64,000 nucleotides of DNA. Source: Longimicrobiales bacterium. GTDB taxonomy: Bacteria; Gemmatimonadota; Gemmatimonadetes; Longimicrobiales; Gaopeijiaceae. Positions 41,883 to 50,276 of the stretch are shown in pieces (positions within the stretch are counted from its first letter, which is position 1; every line of letters begins with the position of its first letter). The DNA lies in the NCBI GenBank assembly GCA_965249725.1, contig CBDFMQ010000002.1, positions 1,216,001 to 1,280,000 on the forward strand, written 5' to 3'. The translations under genes were made by a program, and so were the position numbers. The notes beneath the pieces are model-generated. The model ran no database searches. It was not told where the DNA came from and saw only the letters and a list, made by a program, of their open reading frames with translations.

Positions 41883-44354
41883 TTACATCACGGCCCGTCG
41901 AAGCACCGCGCGGACCCGGGCGATGAACCGCTGAGCATCGACGGACTTCTCGAGATAGTCGTCGGCGCCGGCCTCCAGGAGCTCTCGCTCCACACTCTCG
42001 TTTCCAAAGGCCGTACTGACCAAAACCGGAATCGCGGCGGTGTCCTTCGAACCGCGGATACGGTCGAGTACCTTGCGGCCATCCAGGCCGGGCATGCTCA
42101 GGTCCAGGATGACGAGGTTGTAGTCCGGATCGAGCTTGAGCATGTCCAGGGCCTCGAAGCCGTCCTTGGCCATGGACACGACATGTCCCTCGGTTTCCAG
42201 GATGGCGTTGTACATGAGCCGGGCCTCTTCGTCGTCGTCGACCACGAGGATACGAGTGGGGCCCTTGTCCTCCTCCACGTCGTCCTCCGCGGCCACACCA
42301 CCCAGGGCGCGCTCGACCTCGACCAGGGTCGTCTTCCCCTGGGTGACCCAGTCGAGAGCCACTTGGTGCATGGTCCTCATCCCGCCCTGCTGAGCGATTC
42401 GGAATAGCGTCTGCCAGCCCTTGCGAGCCTCGATGGCGGCCTGAAGACGCGGTCCGGACATCATGACTTCATTCACCGGGAGCCGGCCCTGGTAACCGGT
42501 AAAGCCACACTCGGCACAACCCACGGCGCGGACCACAGGCTCGATCTCGTTCTGCTCGGTGAGGCGCTGTTCCTCAGGAGTGAGCTTGCCCCGCACCGGC
42601 TCGGCGCAGGCACCACACACCCTGCGAAGGAGGCGCTGGGCGATGGCGCCACGAAGGGTCGAGGCAAGAGTACTGTAGGCCACGCCCATGTCCGCCATCC
42701 GGGCAACAGCGCTCACGGCATCGTTGGCGTGGACGGTCGCGAGCACGAGGTGACCCGTCATCGCGGCGTGGGTCGCCGTCTCGGCCGTCTCGTGATCCCG
42801 GATCTCACCGACCAGGATCACGTCGGGGTCCTGGCGCAGGATGGCTCGCAGAGCACGACCGAACGTCACGCCCTGCTTGGTCTCCACCTGCGTCTGAGTG
42901 ATATTGGCCAACTCGTACTCGATGGGGTCTTCGACGGTCATAATGTTGACCTTGCCGTCCGCCCGCTCACGAAGCGCCCCATACAACGTCGTCGTCTTCC
43001 CGAAGCCCGTGGGCCCGGTCACCAGAACGATGCCCTCACGCAGACTCAGAAGCTGACGCAGGCGGTCGAGCTCATAGGAAGGCAGGCCGAGATCTTCGAG
43101 CGTCTGAGCAGCATTGGAGTCCAGGACCCGGATCACGCACTTCTCGGCGACACCAGCGGGAATCGTGGACACGCGGAGGTCGTACGCAAGATTGTGGATG
43201 CGCACGCGAGCCTTGCCGTCCTGCGGCCTCAGCCTGTCGGCGATGTCGAGCTTCGAGAGGATCTTGATCCGAGAGATCACCCGGTTCATAGCCGACATGG
43301 GGAGGTCCATGTGCTTCCTGAGCACGCCGTCGACTCTGAACCGAATCGCTCCGACCTTCCGACCGGGCTCGACGTGGATGTCGGACGCACCCTGCACGAT
43401 GGCATCCCTGATGACGAGGTTGGTCAGCTTCACGACCGGGGTAGACGCGGCATCCTCCGAGGAGATGGACTCCGGGCCCATCTCCTCGACCAACTTCACC
43501 GCGTCCTCGTCGAAGTCCTCGGCTTCCAGCGTATCGAGGAGGCTCTCGATCGCCTGCTCAGGCGAGAACCGTTGGTCCAGTGCTTCCTGGATAGCGGTCG
43601 GGGAGGCGACCTGGAATATGGTCGTGCGTCCCGTGCTGAAGCTCAGGGCGCGCTCGGCCTCCACGTCCGTGGGATCGCAGGTCGCGACCAACAGATGCCG
43701 ATCGGTCTCATAGAGGGCGAAGATGTTGTGCTTACGAGCCATGGGCTCGGGCACCAGTAGTACGGCGTTGGGATCACGCGCCGCGAAATCCACCACATCG
43801 AGACGGAAATACTCGGCGACCAAATCGCAGAGTCGCGCGTCGTCGATCTTGTAGTTACGGCTGACCACGGGCCACGCATCCTCGGCCGGCGCGTCGGGAC
43901 GCAGATCCGGACGCTCGCCCTCGAGCCCCGCGCGCTCCGCGATCCGCACCATCCAGTGGATGGCCGTCGCCCCAACCGCCACCGCCTGGACCGCCGGTAC
44001 ATGGTCGGGGTCGGTGTAGACGACCTCTTCCTCTACGTCCTCGACATCATCCTCGAGGCTGTCTCCTTCATCCTCCGCCGTGTCCTCAACCTCGGGGTCC
44101 GCGTCGGTGTCCGCGGCCTCTTCCGTCTCCTCGCCCTCCTCGGCCTCCTCGACCTCCTCGGTGTCCGTGGCGTCCTCGATCTCCGCCGCGTCCTCCGGAG
44201 CCTCTGGATCATCGATGATCAGGTCGGCACCTTCGCTGTCATCCATCTCCTCGGAGATTTCCTCATCAGCCAGGACCTGATCCTCCGTATCCTCGTCGCC
44301 GAGCTCGAGCACGGGCTCGTGAGCGTCCACGGAATCGGTCTTCATATCGTCCAT
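41883..44354 (-). CDS. GspE/PilB-family secretion/pilus ATPase with an acidic N-tail and C-terminal receiver domain
   Basis: ASDIHVEP, RLRPQDG, Walker A GPTGFGKT, TVEDPIE, LRQDPDVILVGEIRD, two CxxC, and C-terminal VVDDD..LDLSMP..T..K. Confidence 0.92.
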   Translation of the reverse strand: MDDMKTDSVDAHEPVLELGDEDTEDQVLADEEISEEMDDSEGADLIIDDPEAPEDAAEIEDATDTEEVEEAEEGEETEEAADTDADPEVEDTAEDEGDSLEDDVEDVEEEVVYTDPDHVPAVQAVAVGATAIHWMVRIAERAGLEGERPDLRPDAPAEDAWPVVSRNYKIDDARLCDLVAEYFRLDVVDFAARDPNAVLLVPEPMARKHNIFALYETDRHLLVATCDPTDVEAERALSFSTGRTTIFQVASPTAIQEALDQRFSPEQAIESLLDTLEAEDFDEDAVKLVEEMGPESISSEDAASTPVVKLTNLVIRDAIVQGASDIHVEPGRKVGAIRFRVDGVLRKHMDLPMSAMNRVISRIKILSKLDIADRLRPQDGKARVRIHNLAYDLRVSTIPAGVAEKCVIRVLDSNAAQTLEDLGLPSYELDRLRQLLSLREGIVLVTGPTGFGKTTTLYGALRERADGKVNIMTVEDPIEYELANITQTQVETKQGVTFGRALRAILRQDPDVILVGEIRDHETAETATHAAMTGHLVLATVHANDAVSAVARMADMGVAYSTLASTLRGAIAQRLLRRVCGACAEPVRGKLTPEEQRLTEQNEIEPVVRAVGCAECGFTGYQGRLPVNEVMMSGPRLQAAIEARKGWQTLFRIAQQGGMRTMHQVALDWVTQGKTTLVEVERALGGVAAEDDVEEDKGPTRILVVDDDEEARLMYNAILETEGHVVSMAKDGFEALDMLKLDPDYNLVILDLSMPGLDGRKVLDRIRGSKDTAAIPVLVSTAFGNESVERELLEAGADDYLEKSVDAQRFIARVRAVLRRAVM

Positions 44355-44356
44355 GA

Positions 44357-45262
44357 TCAGGGCACCATAGCCCTTCTCTTGTCTCGCTTCTCGACATACA
44401 TCGCGGCGTCGGCCTTCGCGAGAAGTTCGTCGAGGCTCATGACATCTTCACCGACGTACCGGGTCGTCCCGATACTGAGCGAGAGCTGGAACTGCTCCTT
44501 CGTATTCTGATTGAGTTCGCTGAGCTCGTCCCGGAGCCGCTGCACGAGTCGGGCCACATCCTCACTCGTCGCCTCCATGGCCAGGACGGCGAACTCGTCT
44601 CCTCCCATACGCGCGATGATGTCGGAACGACGGAAGGTCGTGCTTAGTGTGTCGGCCACGCACCGGAGCGCGCGATCTCCGACATGATGTCCGAGCGTGT
44701 CGTTGATGGTCTTGAAGCGATCGATGTCCAAGTAGACGAGCGACACGCCCCTGGACGTGCGGCGGGCCAGCTTCAGGTACTGCTCACCCAGGTCCTTGAA
44801 ACCGCGTCGGTTGTAGAGATTGGTCAGGTCGTCGATGAGCGACAGGCTCCGCAGAGCCGACAACAGGCGGTGACGCTCGATGGCGTAACGTACGGAACGC
44901 GCTAGAACATTGGGCTCCGCCTCGCCCATCGTCATGCAGTCCTGAGCCCCCCCCTGCACCGTTCGGACCGCGAGATCCTCATCGTCATCCCTGGTGAGCA
45001 CGATGATCGGTATATGGGGGGCGAAGGCGTACATCCGCTCGAAACTCGAGAGCCCGTGACTGTCGGGAAGTTCCGGATCGAGGATCACGGCATCGATTCC
45101 CCCTTCGGAGAGGAGCTGCAGAGCCCGCGACATCTCTCCCACCCATTCCACTTCCATGGACGGCCCCGTTTCACCGTCGAACACCCCCTTGAGGGGATCG
45201 AGGTGCAATGCCTCCGCTTCCACGAGCAGTACCTTCGTGGGTCGGGGTCCTCCGTCGTTCAT
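44357..45262 (-). CDS. Receiver-domain diguanylate cyclase (REC-GGDEF)
   Basis: DDLTNLYNRR, DIDRFKTINDTLGH, RRSD I-site, intact GGDEF, N-terminal REC (ILDPELPD). Confidence 0.93.
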   Translation of the reverse strand: MNDGGPRPTKVLLVEAEALHLDPLKGVFDGETGPSMEVEWVGEMSRALQLLSEGGIDAVILDPELPDSHGLSSFERMYAFAPHIPIIVLTRDDDEDLAVRTVQGGAQDCMTMGEAEPNVLARSVRYAIERHRLLSALRSLSLIDDLTNLYNRRGFKDLGEQYLKLARRTSRGVSLVYLDIDRFKTINDTLGHHVGDRALRCVADTLSTTFRRSDIIARMGGDEFAVLAMEATSEDVARLVQRLRDELSELNQNTKEQFQLSLSIGTTRYVGEDVMSLDELLAKADAAMYVEKRDKRRAMVP

Positions 45263-45561
45263 TACTGGGTCAGCCTCCGGGTCGTGGGGGTTCGCACCGA
45301 ACCTGGCTCTCGGCAAGGCCTGGGGAATCGACCAATTTGTTCGTGGCGAACACGTTCGACGGTGACAACGACAACCGCCAAATCGCTCTAGCCAAGTTAT
45401 AGAGACGCCCGCGGCCACGCCAAGACCTCGTCACGTGTGCCCGCGCCGACCTCGCGCCCTATAGACCGAAAGACGGCCCTGGGGGTTCCCCCGGGACCGT
45501 CCCTCGGCAGCGCTGGGCCCAGGCCCACAAAGCCCGGCATCTTCATCGTTCGGTAGGTAGA

Positions 45562-46254
45562 TCAGCCCCCTCGCAGGATCTCCTCGAAGAAGTCGATCAC
45601 TCGGTCGTCATCCGTCTGAGAAAGCCAGAACACCGCACTGCGCCTCACATTCGAGTGGTGCGACGTACGGGCAACCTCCATGAGCCTCGGGACGGACTCG
45701 TCCTCGGATCGCTGCGACAGGGCGAAAACAGCCGCCTCTCGCACATCGGCCTCCTGGTCGTCGTCCCCTGCCTCGGGCTCTCGTCCACCTGCATCCGCCA
45801 CTTCCTGGCCCAACCAGAAAACGGCCTGCTCTCGAACGTCCTCATCCAAGCGCCGATCTCGCGCCATCTCTACGAGTTCGGGCCAGACGGCCACATCGCG
45901 AGCAATCATGGCGGGCAGGATCGCGGCTGCCGAAGCGTTTCGGGGCGCGGGGCCGATGTCGATGTCGGTGACCTCACCGCCCCTCACACGGAGTTCCACC
46001 TGTGCGACGCCCGTGGAGCAGTCGCCTCTATCTCTACTCCGGCGGGTCCACGAGCCACCCCAGTTCATGCTGCCACCCTCACAGATCTCCACGTCATCGT
46101 GCGTGGCGTAGTGGAACACGACCCATCCGTCGGGTGCCTCGCGCACCTCACGGTCGAGCGACTGGCCCGACACCGGAAGGGTCATCCCCCCCAGAGTCAT
46201 CGCGCCGAGGGTCATCACGAGTGGCGCGGTCAGGGCCGTCCACCGCGGGCTCAC
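45562..46254 (-). CDS. Secreted HEAT-repeat protein
   Basis: Signal peptide and repeated VRE.AVFWL(G/S)Q and AVFALSQ motifs. Confidence 0.8.
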   Translation of the reverse strand: MSPRWTALTAPLVMTLGAMTLGGMTLPVSGQSLDREVREAPDGWVVFHYATHDDVEICEGGSMNWGGSWTRRSRDRGDCSTGVAQVELRVRGGEVTDIDIGPAPRNASAAAILPAMIARDVAVWPELVEMARDRRLDEDVREQAVFWLGQEVADAGGREPEAGDDDQEADVREAAVFALSQRSEDESVPRLMEVARTSHHSNVRRSAVFWLSQTDDDRVIDFFEEILRGG

Positions 46255-47645
46255 CTCGAACCTCCACCGCGGATCAGGCTCATCAGGAACTCCGGTACGC
46301 GATGGTCGGCCGTCTGTCCGAGCCAGAAGATCGCGTTCTTCTGCAACTCGGCATCCTGCTCCTCGCGGGCGATTTCCATGAGCTGGTCAACCGCCTCGCT
46401 CTCGTCCGACGTCTGCGAGAGGACGAAGATGATCTGCTCCTTCATCTCCCGGTCGGACACGCTCGTGTAGAGTCCGGCGAGCCTGCCCACATCGAGACCC
46501 GCCTGCCCGGCCCAAAACAGAGCGTTCTTCCGCACCTCGATCGGCTCGGCACCGTCCAGCGCCCGCTCCAGCAGCCAGTCGCCGTCCTCCGGCTCCCCGG
46601 ACTGGGCCACTCCGAAGATGATCTTCTCTTTCAACGTCTCGCTGTCCGCGCTGGAATAGAGCTCGCGGAGATACACCCCACCGCCCGCGCTCTGACCCAG
46701 CCAGAAGATGGCGTTCTCCCGCAGTTCTTCCGGCGCGTCGCGGCGCTCCGCGTACTCTTTCAGGATGTCGGTCGCACGATCACCGAGGTGCTGGGACAAG
46801 GCGAAGATCGCCTTCTCCTGGAGCTCGCTCTCTTCCGATGTCCTCAGGATGCTCTCGAGGGCATCGACTGCCTCGGGGGAGTCGACCTGGGAGAGCCAGA
46901 AAACGGCCTGCTCCCGCACTTCGGCATCCGGATCCGGATTCCGGTGGGCGAGATCGAGAAGGATGTCCACCGTCTCGCTCGTCATGTGCTGCGAGACGAG
47001 GAATACCGCCTGCCGCCTCAGTTCTACGGAGCACTCGTCCCGGCTCTCGAGGACTTCCTGGAGGATCGGGAATGCGCGTTCTGCATTCATGTTCAGGAGA
47101 GCATTCAGCGCCATCGTGCGCAGTTCCTGATCCTGCGAATCGCACGGCCCTGAGGCTCGCTCCTCTCGGGTCCGAGTGGCTCGCTCCTGCACACTCCGTC
47201 CGGCATCTCGGTTACCCCGTCGTGCCAAAGCACCCTCGATCTGCACCCGCAAAACAGGGGCGTCTACACGGGTCGAGGCATCGGGATGCTCGTCCGCCTG
47301 AGCAGCCAGTAGGTCGAGGGCGGTCTCCATGCCCCCCATCCTGCCCTCCCGGTATAGCGCGAAGGCCTCGAAGTAGTAGGAATCCCCTACGTAGACCGAG
47401 GTCGGGTAATCACGGCGGAGCTGTGAAAACAGGCGCGCCGCCTCGCGAAACTCCGAGTTGTTCAAGGCCCGCCGGGCGTCTCGGTAGACCGCTTCCGCCG
47501 TATCGGCTCGGATTTCGAGAGCCTCGGACGCGGCTCGTAGCCCACTTCCGGCTCGAGCTACCGACGCCTCCTGCGCAGCGGCCGAATCAGCCAATCCCAA
47601 GATCACCATTCCCGTCAACGCCAGCATTGTGGACGTCCGCATCAC
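46251..47645 (-). CDS. Secreted TPR plus HEAT-repeat protein
   Basis: Signal peptide, BamD/TPR-like 'YPTSVYVGDSYYFEAFALY', and about 8 repeats of (K/N)A(I/V)F(W/A)L(S/G)Q. Confidence 0.85.
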   Translation of the reverse strand: MMRTSTMLALTGMVILGLADSAAAQEASVARAGSGLRAASEALEIRADTAEAVYRDARRALNNSEFREAARLFSQLRRDYPTSVYVGDSYYFEAFALYREGRMGGMETALDLLAAQADEHPDASTRVDAPVLRVQIEGALARRGNRDAGRSVQERATRTREERASGPCDSQDQELRTMALNALLNMNAERAFPILQEVLESRDECSVELRRQAVFLVSQHMTSETVDILLDLAHRNPDPDAEVREQAVFWLSQVDSPEAVDALESILRTSEESELQEKAIFALSQHLGDRATDILKEYAERRDAPEELRENAIFWLGQSAGGGVYLRELYSSADSETLKEKIIFGVAQSGEPEDGDWLLERALDGAEPIEVRKNALFWAGQAGLDVGRLAGLYTSVSDREMKEQIIFVLSQTSDESEAVDQLMEIAREEQDAELQKNAIFWLGQTADHRVPEFLMSLIRGGGSR

Positions 47646-47650
47646 CCCTC

Positions 47651-48457
47651 CTAGATTCCAGCCTGTATGGTCCCGGTCGGAAGCACCGACCGAATCCGCA
47701 GCATCATGTCGTTGTCGTCGAGCCCCTCGTTGATGAGGTCGAGCTCATCCCCGCGGACTCCTTCGTCGAATTGACCCGGAGACAGCCGGGCCACCTGTAT
47801 CAAAATGACCTCGAGATCCTCCAACAGCTCACGGATGACCTGGTCTTGCGCGGCCGGTGAGTCGAGCAGCAGGCGGGTCTGCAGCAACAGCGTGCGTCCC
47901 CACTGGCTGACCTCGGCGTCGATCCTCCCGGCTCGCGCGTCGGAGCTCACCAGGCTCAGAACGGATTCCGTGCGCGTGAGGTAATCCACCGCCACGGCCC
48001 GGAACGGACCTTCCGCCGCACCGTCCGCCGCCACCTCCGTTGGCGTCCCCACCGGCGTCCCCACCGGCGCCTGTACTGGCGTCATCGACATGCGGCCGAG
48101 TCCGACGCCCAACACCAACAGCGCCGCGGCGGCGGTCGCCAGCCCCGTCCACTGCCTCCGCCAAACGGGTTTCCGGGCGTCTCTGGTCTGGCGGACCTCG
48201 CCCAGAGAGACGACGTCCGCCACTTCGCCTGGCGTGCCCGGAAGAGCGGCTTCGATGGCACCCCACATCTCTTCCCGTGGCGTATCCGGCGGGCGCTGAT
48301 AGTCCTCTCGCATGCCCGTGAGGACTTGCTCGGGCGACGCCGCGACCAACTCCGCCTCGATAGCGTCCCAGATTGCATCCCGTGGCGTTTCCGGCGGGGC
48401 GTTATAGGCCTTTCGCGTGGCCTCCAGCCATTCGTTGAATCTGTGGTCGCTCGTCAT
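47651..48457 (-). CDS. Putative transmembrane anti-sigma factor
   Basis: ATGA overlap with the ECF sigma stop, a single TM helix (AAAALLVLGVGLG), and duplicated N-terminal Y..PP.TPR...W.AIEA.L motif. Confidence 0.75.
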   Translation of the reverse strand: MTSDHRFNEWLEATRKAYNAPPETPRDAIWDAIEAELVAASPEQVLTGMREDYQRPPDTPREEMWGAIEAALPGTPGEVADVVSLGEVRQTRDARKPVWRRQWTGLATAAAALLVLGVGLGRMSMTPVQAPVGTPVGTPTEVAADGAAEGPFRAVAVDYLTRTESVLSLVSSDARAGRIDAEVSQWGRTLLLQTRLLLDSPAAQDQVIRELLEDLEVILIQVARLSPGQFDEGVRGDELDLINEGLDDNDMMLRIRSVLPTGTIQAGI

Positions 48458-49110
48458 GCGTACTCCTCCGCGAAGTCGCCCAGCATGTCCCGTAGCTTGG
48501 CCCGCGCTCTGGAGAGCCGTGCTTTCGAGGTCCCCTCCGCCACATCCAGCGTGGTGGCGATCTCGTTGTGGCTGTAGCCCTCGAGGTCGTGCATCAAAAA
48601 CACCGTTCTGTACAGCTCTGGAAGCCCGTCGATGGCCTCCTTCAGCCTGCTCTTCATATCGGGCTCCGCTGTCGTGGCCGGAGCCGTGAGGTACGGAGCC
48701 TCGTCGAGCGTGCGCTCTCTTGTCCGGCTTCGCTGGACCTTTCTGAGCCCGTTCAGAGTCACCGACACCGCGATCGAGTGAAGCCATGTCGAAAACGAAG
48801 CCTCTTCGCGGAACTGATCGAGCTTCTGGTAGGCCCGCACGAACGCTTCCTGAGTGAAATCGCGCGCCAAGTCGTCGTCTCCGGCCATGCGATAGGTCAG
48901 GCGGTAGATGCGATCGACATTGCTGTCATAGAGCTCGCGGAACGCGGTATGCTCTCCTTGTCGGGATCGCTCGATCAGTTCGTGCTCGCTCAAAGCGCCT
49001 GGCCTCGTGTCTTCCGCCTGTGTTTCTCTGTTCGACTGTTCGACACAGTGTTCTCCGGAAGCGTTGCGGGGTGGGACGTCCAACCATACGCTTCGTCCCA
49101 TGAGCGGCAA
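48454..49110 (-). CDS. ECF-family RNA polymerase sigma factor (start uncertain, possibly TTG 48993)
   Basis: DFTQEAF, FSTWLHSIAV, LPELYR..F.MHDLEGYSHNEIA..GTSKARLSRAR. Confidence 0.93.
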   Translation of the reverse strand: MPLMGRSVWLDVPPRNASGEHCVEQSNRETQAEDTRPGALSEHELIERSRQGEHTAFRELYDSNVDRIYRLTYRMAGDDDLARDFTQEAFVRAYQKLDQFREEASFSTWLHSIAVSVTLNGLRKVQRSRTRERTLDEAPYLTAPATTAEPDMKSRLKEAIDGLPELYRTVFLMHDLEGYSHNEIATTLDVAEGTSKARLSRARAKLRDMLGDFAEEYA

Positions 49111-49176
49111 AGCGCACGTGCCTTCTCAGTGTCCCCTTCGCTTCGAGGCCCACCCGAGACCGGCCGTGGTATCCAG

Positions 49177-49875
49177 ATGAAGCGACTCCTCCAGGTGCTC
49201 ATGGGCACTCTTGCCGGCCTGATCGTAGCGCTGGCCGTCGTGTGGCCGCGGGGGCAGAGCCCGGCGGTGTCGAGCGGCTTCCAGCCCTATCCGGCGCCGG
49301 ATTTCACCTTGGTGAGCCACACCGGCGACAGCGTTTCACGATCCGACTTCGAAGGCGAAGCGGTAGCCCTCTTCTTCGGGTACACGAACTGCCCGGACGT
49401 CTGCCCACTCACTCTCGCCAAGCTAGCCGAAGCGAGTGCCGCGAACAGCGGCCCCGTAACCCTCGGTGCCGCGAACAGCGGCCCCGTAACCCTCGGTGCC
49501 GCGAACAGCGGCCCCGTAACCCTCGGTGCCGCGAACAGCGGCCCCGTAACCCTCGGTGCCGCGAACAGCGGCCCCGTAACCCTCCTGTTCGTCACCGTAG
49601 ACCCGGAGAGGGACTCGGCGGAGCGCCTGGCCGAATACCTGGGTGCGGTGGACCCGAACTTCATCGGGCTTCGCGGCACCGTCGACGAGATTCGGAGCGT
49701 GGCAGACTCGTACGGCGTCTACTTCGAGCAGAGCACCGAAGACGACACCATGTTCGGCCATTCGGCGCGGACGTTTCTGATCGATCGGGATGGACGTGTC
49801 GCCGAGAGCTTCCTCCACGACGCCTCGACGGAAGAGATCCGCGTCCTCCTGGAGGTGGTGGCGACGAGACGGTGA
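49177..49875 (+). CDS. SCO1/SenC-family copper chaperone with an in-frame 10-aa tandem repeat
   Basis: N-terminal TM, APDFTL, FFGYTNCPDVCP, VTVDPERD, and the conserved His in GHSA. Confidence 0.92.
   Translation: MKRLLQVLMGTLAGLIVALAVVWPRGQSPAVSSGFQPYPAPDFTLVSHTGDSVSRSDFEGEAVALFFGYTNCPDVCPLTLAKLAEASAANSGPVTLGAANSGPVTLGAANSGPVTLGAANSGPVTLGAANSGPVTLLFVTVDPERDSAERLAEYLGAVDPNFIGLRGTVDEIRSVADSYGVYFEQSTEDDTMFGHSARTFLIDRDGRVAESFLHDASTEEIRVLLEVVATRR
49436..49584. repeat. 30-bp perfect tandem repeat x5
   Basis: Unit GTGCCGCGAACAGCGGCCCCGTAACCCTCG, encoding AANSGPVTLG. Confidence 0.97.
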
Positions 49876-50276
49876 ATCCGGTCCGGTTCGCTCGCGTTGT
49901 CGCCTGCTTGACGGTCGTATGTGCCGTCGCATGTGTGGAGGCACCGGAGGCCGCCCTCAGGGCCTCGCTTCGGTTTTCGCCGACACCGCCATCCGTGGGC
50001 CCGGCCCGCCTCATCCTGGAGTTGACCGACTCCCTCGGCCGCCCGGTGACGGATGCATCGATCCGGATTGAAGGCCGCCCGATCGACGGGCCTACCCGGT
50101 CAGTGGCGTCGACCCCAGCACGAGAAGAGGGTGCGGGCCGATACGTGGTCGACACCTACGACTTCGACGTAGCCGGCCGGTGGGTCCTGGAAGTGCGAGC
50201 GCGGACAGCCGCCGGCTCGGAGTTGGCGCGGGAGTTCGAGACCTCGGTCTACGGGGGGCCGCCCGGGACGCCCTAG
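49872..50276 (+). CDS. YtkA/FixH-like lipoprotein
   Basis: GTG overlaps the SCO stop. It has a lipobox-like AVAC, 'PTPP.VGPA.L.L.LTD..G.PV.DA.I..EG' and 'G.Y...AG.W.L.V'. Confidence 0.7.
   Translation: MNPVRFARVVACLTVVCAVACVEAPEAALRASLRFSPTPPSVGPARLILELTDSLGRPVTDASIRIEGRPIDGPTRSVASTPAREEGAGRYVVDTYDFDVAGRWVLEVRARTAAGSELAREFETSVYGGPPGTP

Noticed and set aside
49436..49584. 30-bp repeats as a CRISPR array
   Set aside because: They have no spacers and lie in frame inside the SCO gene.
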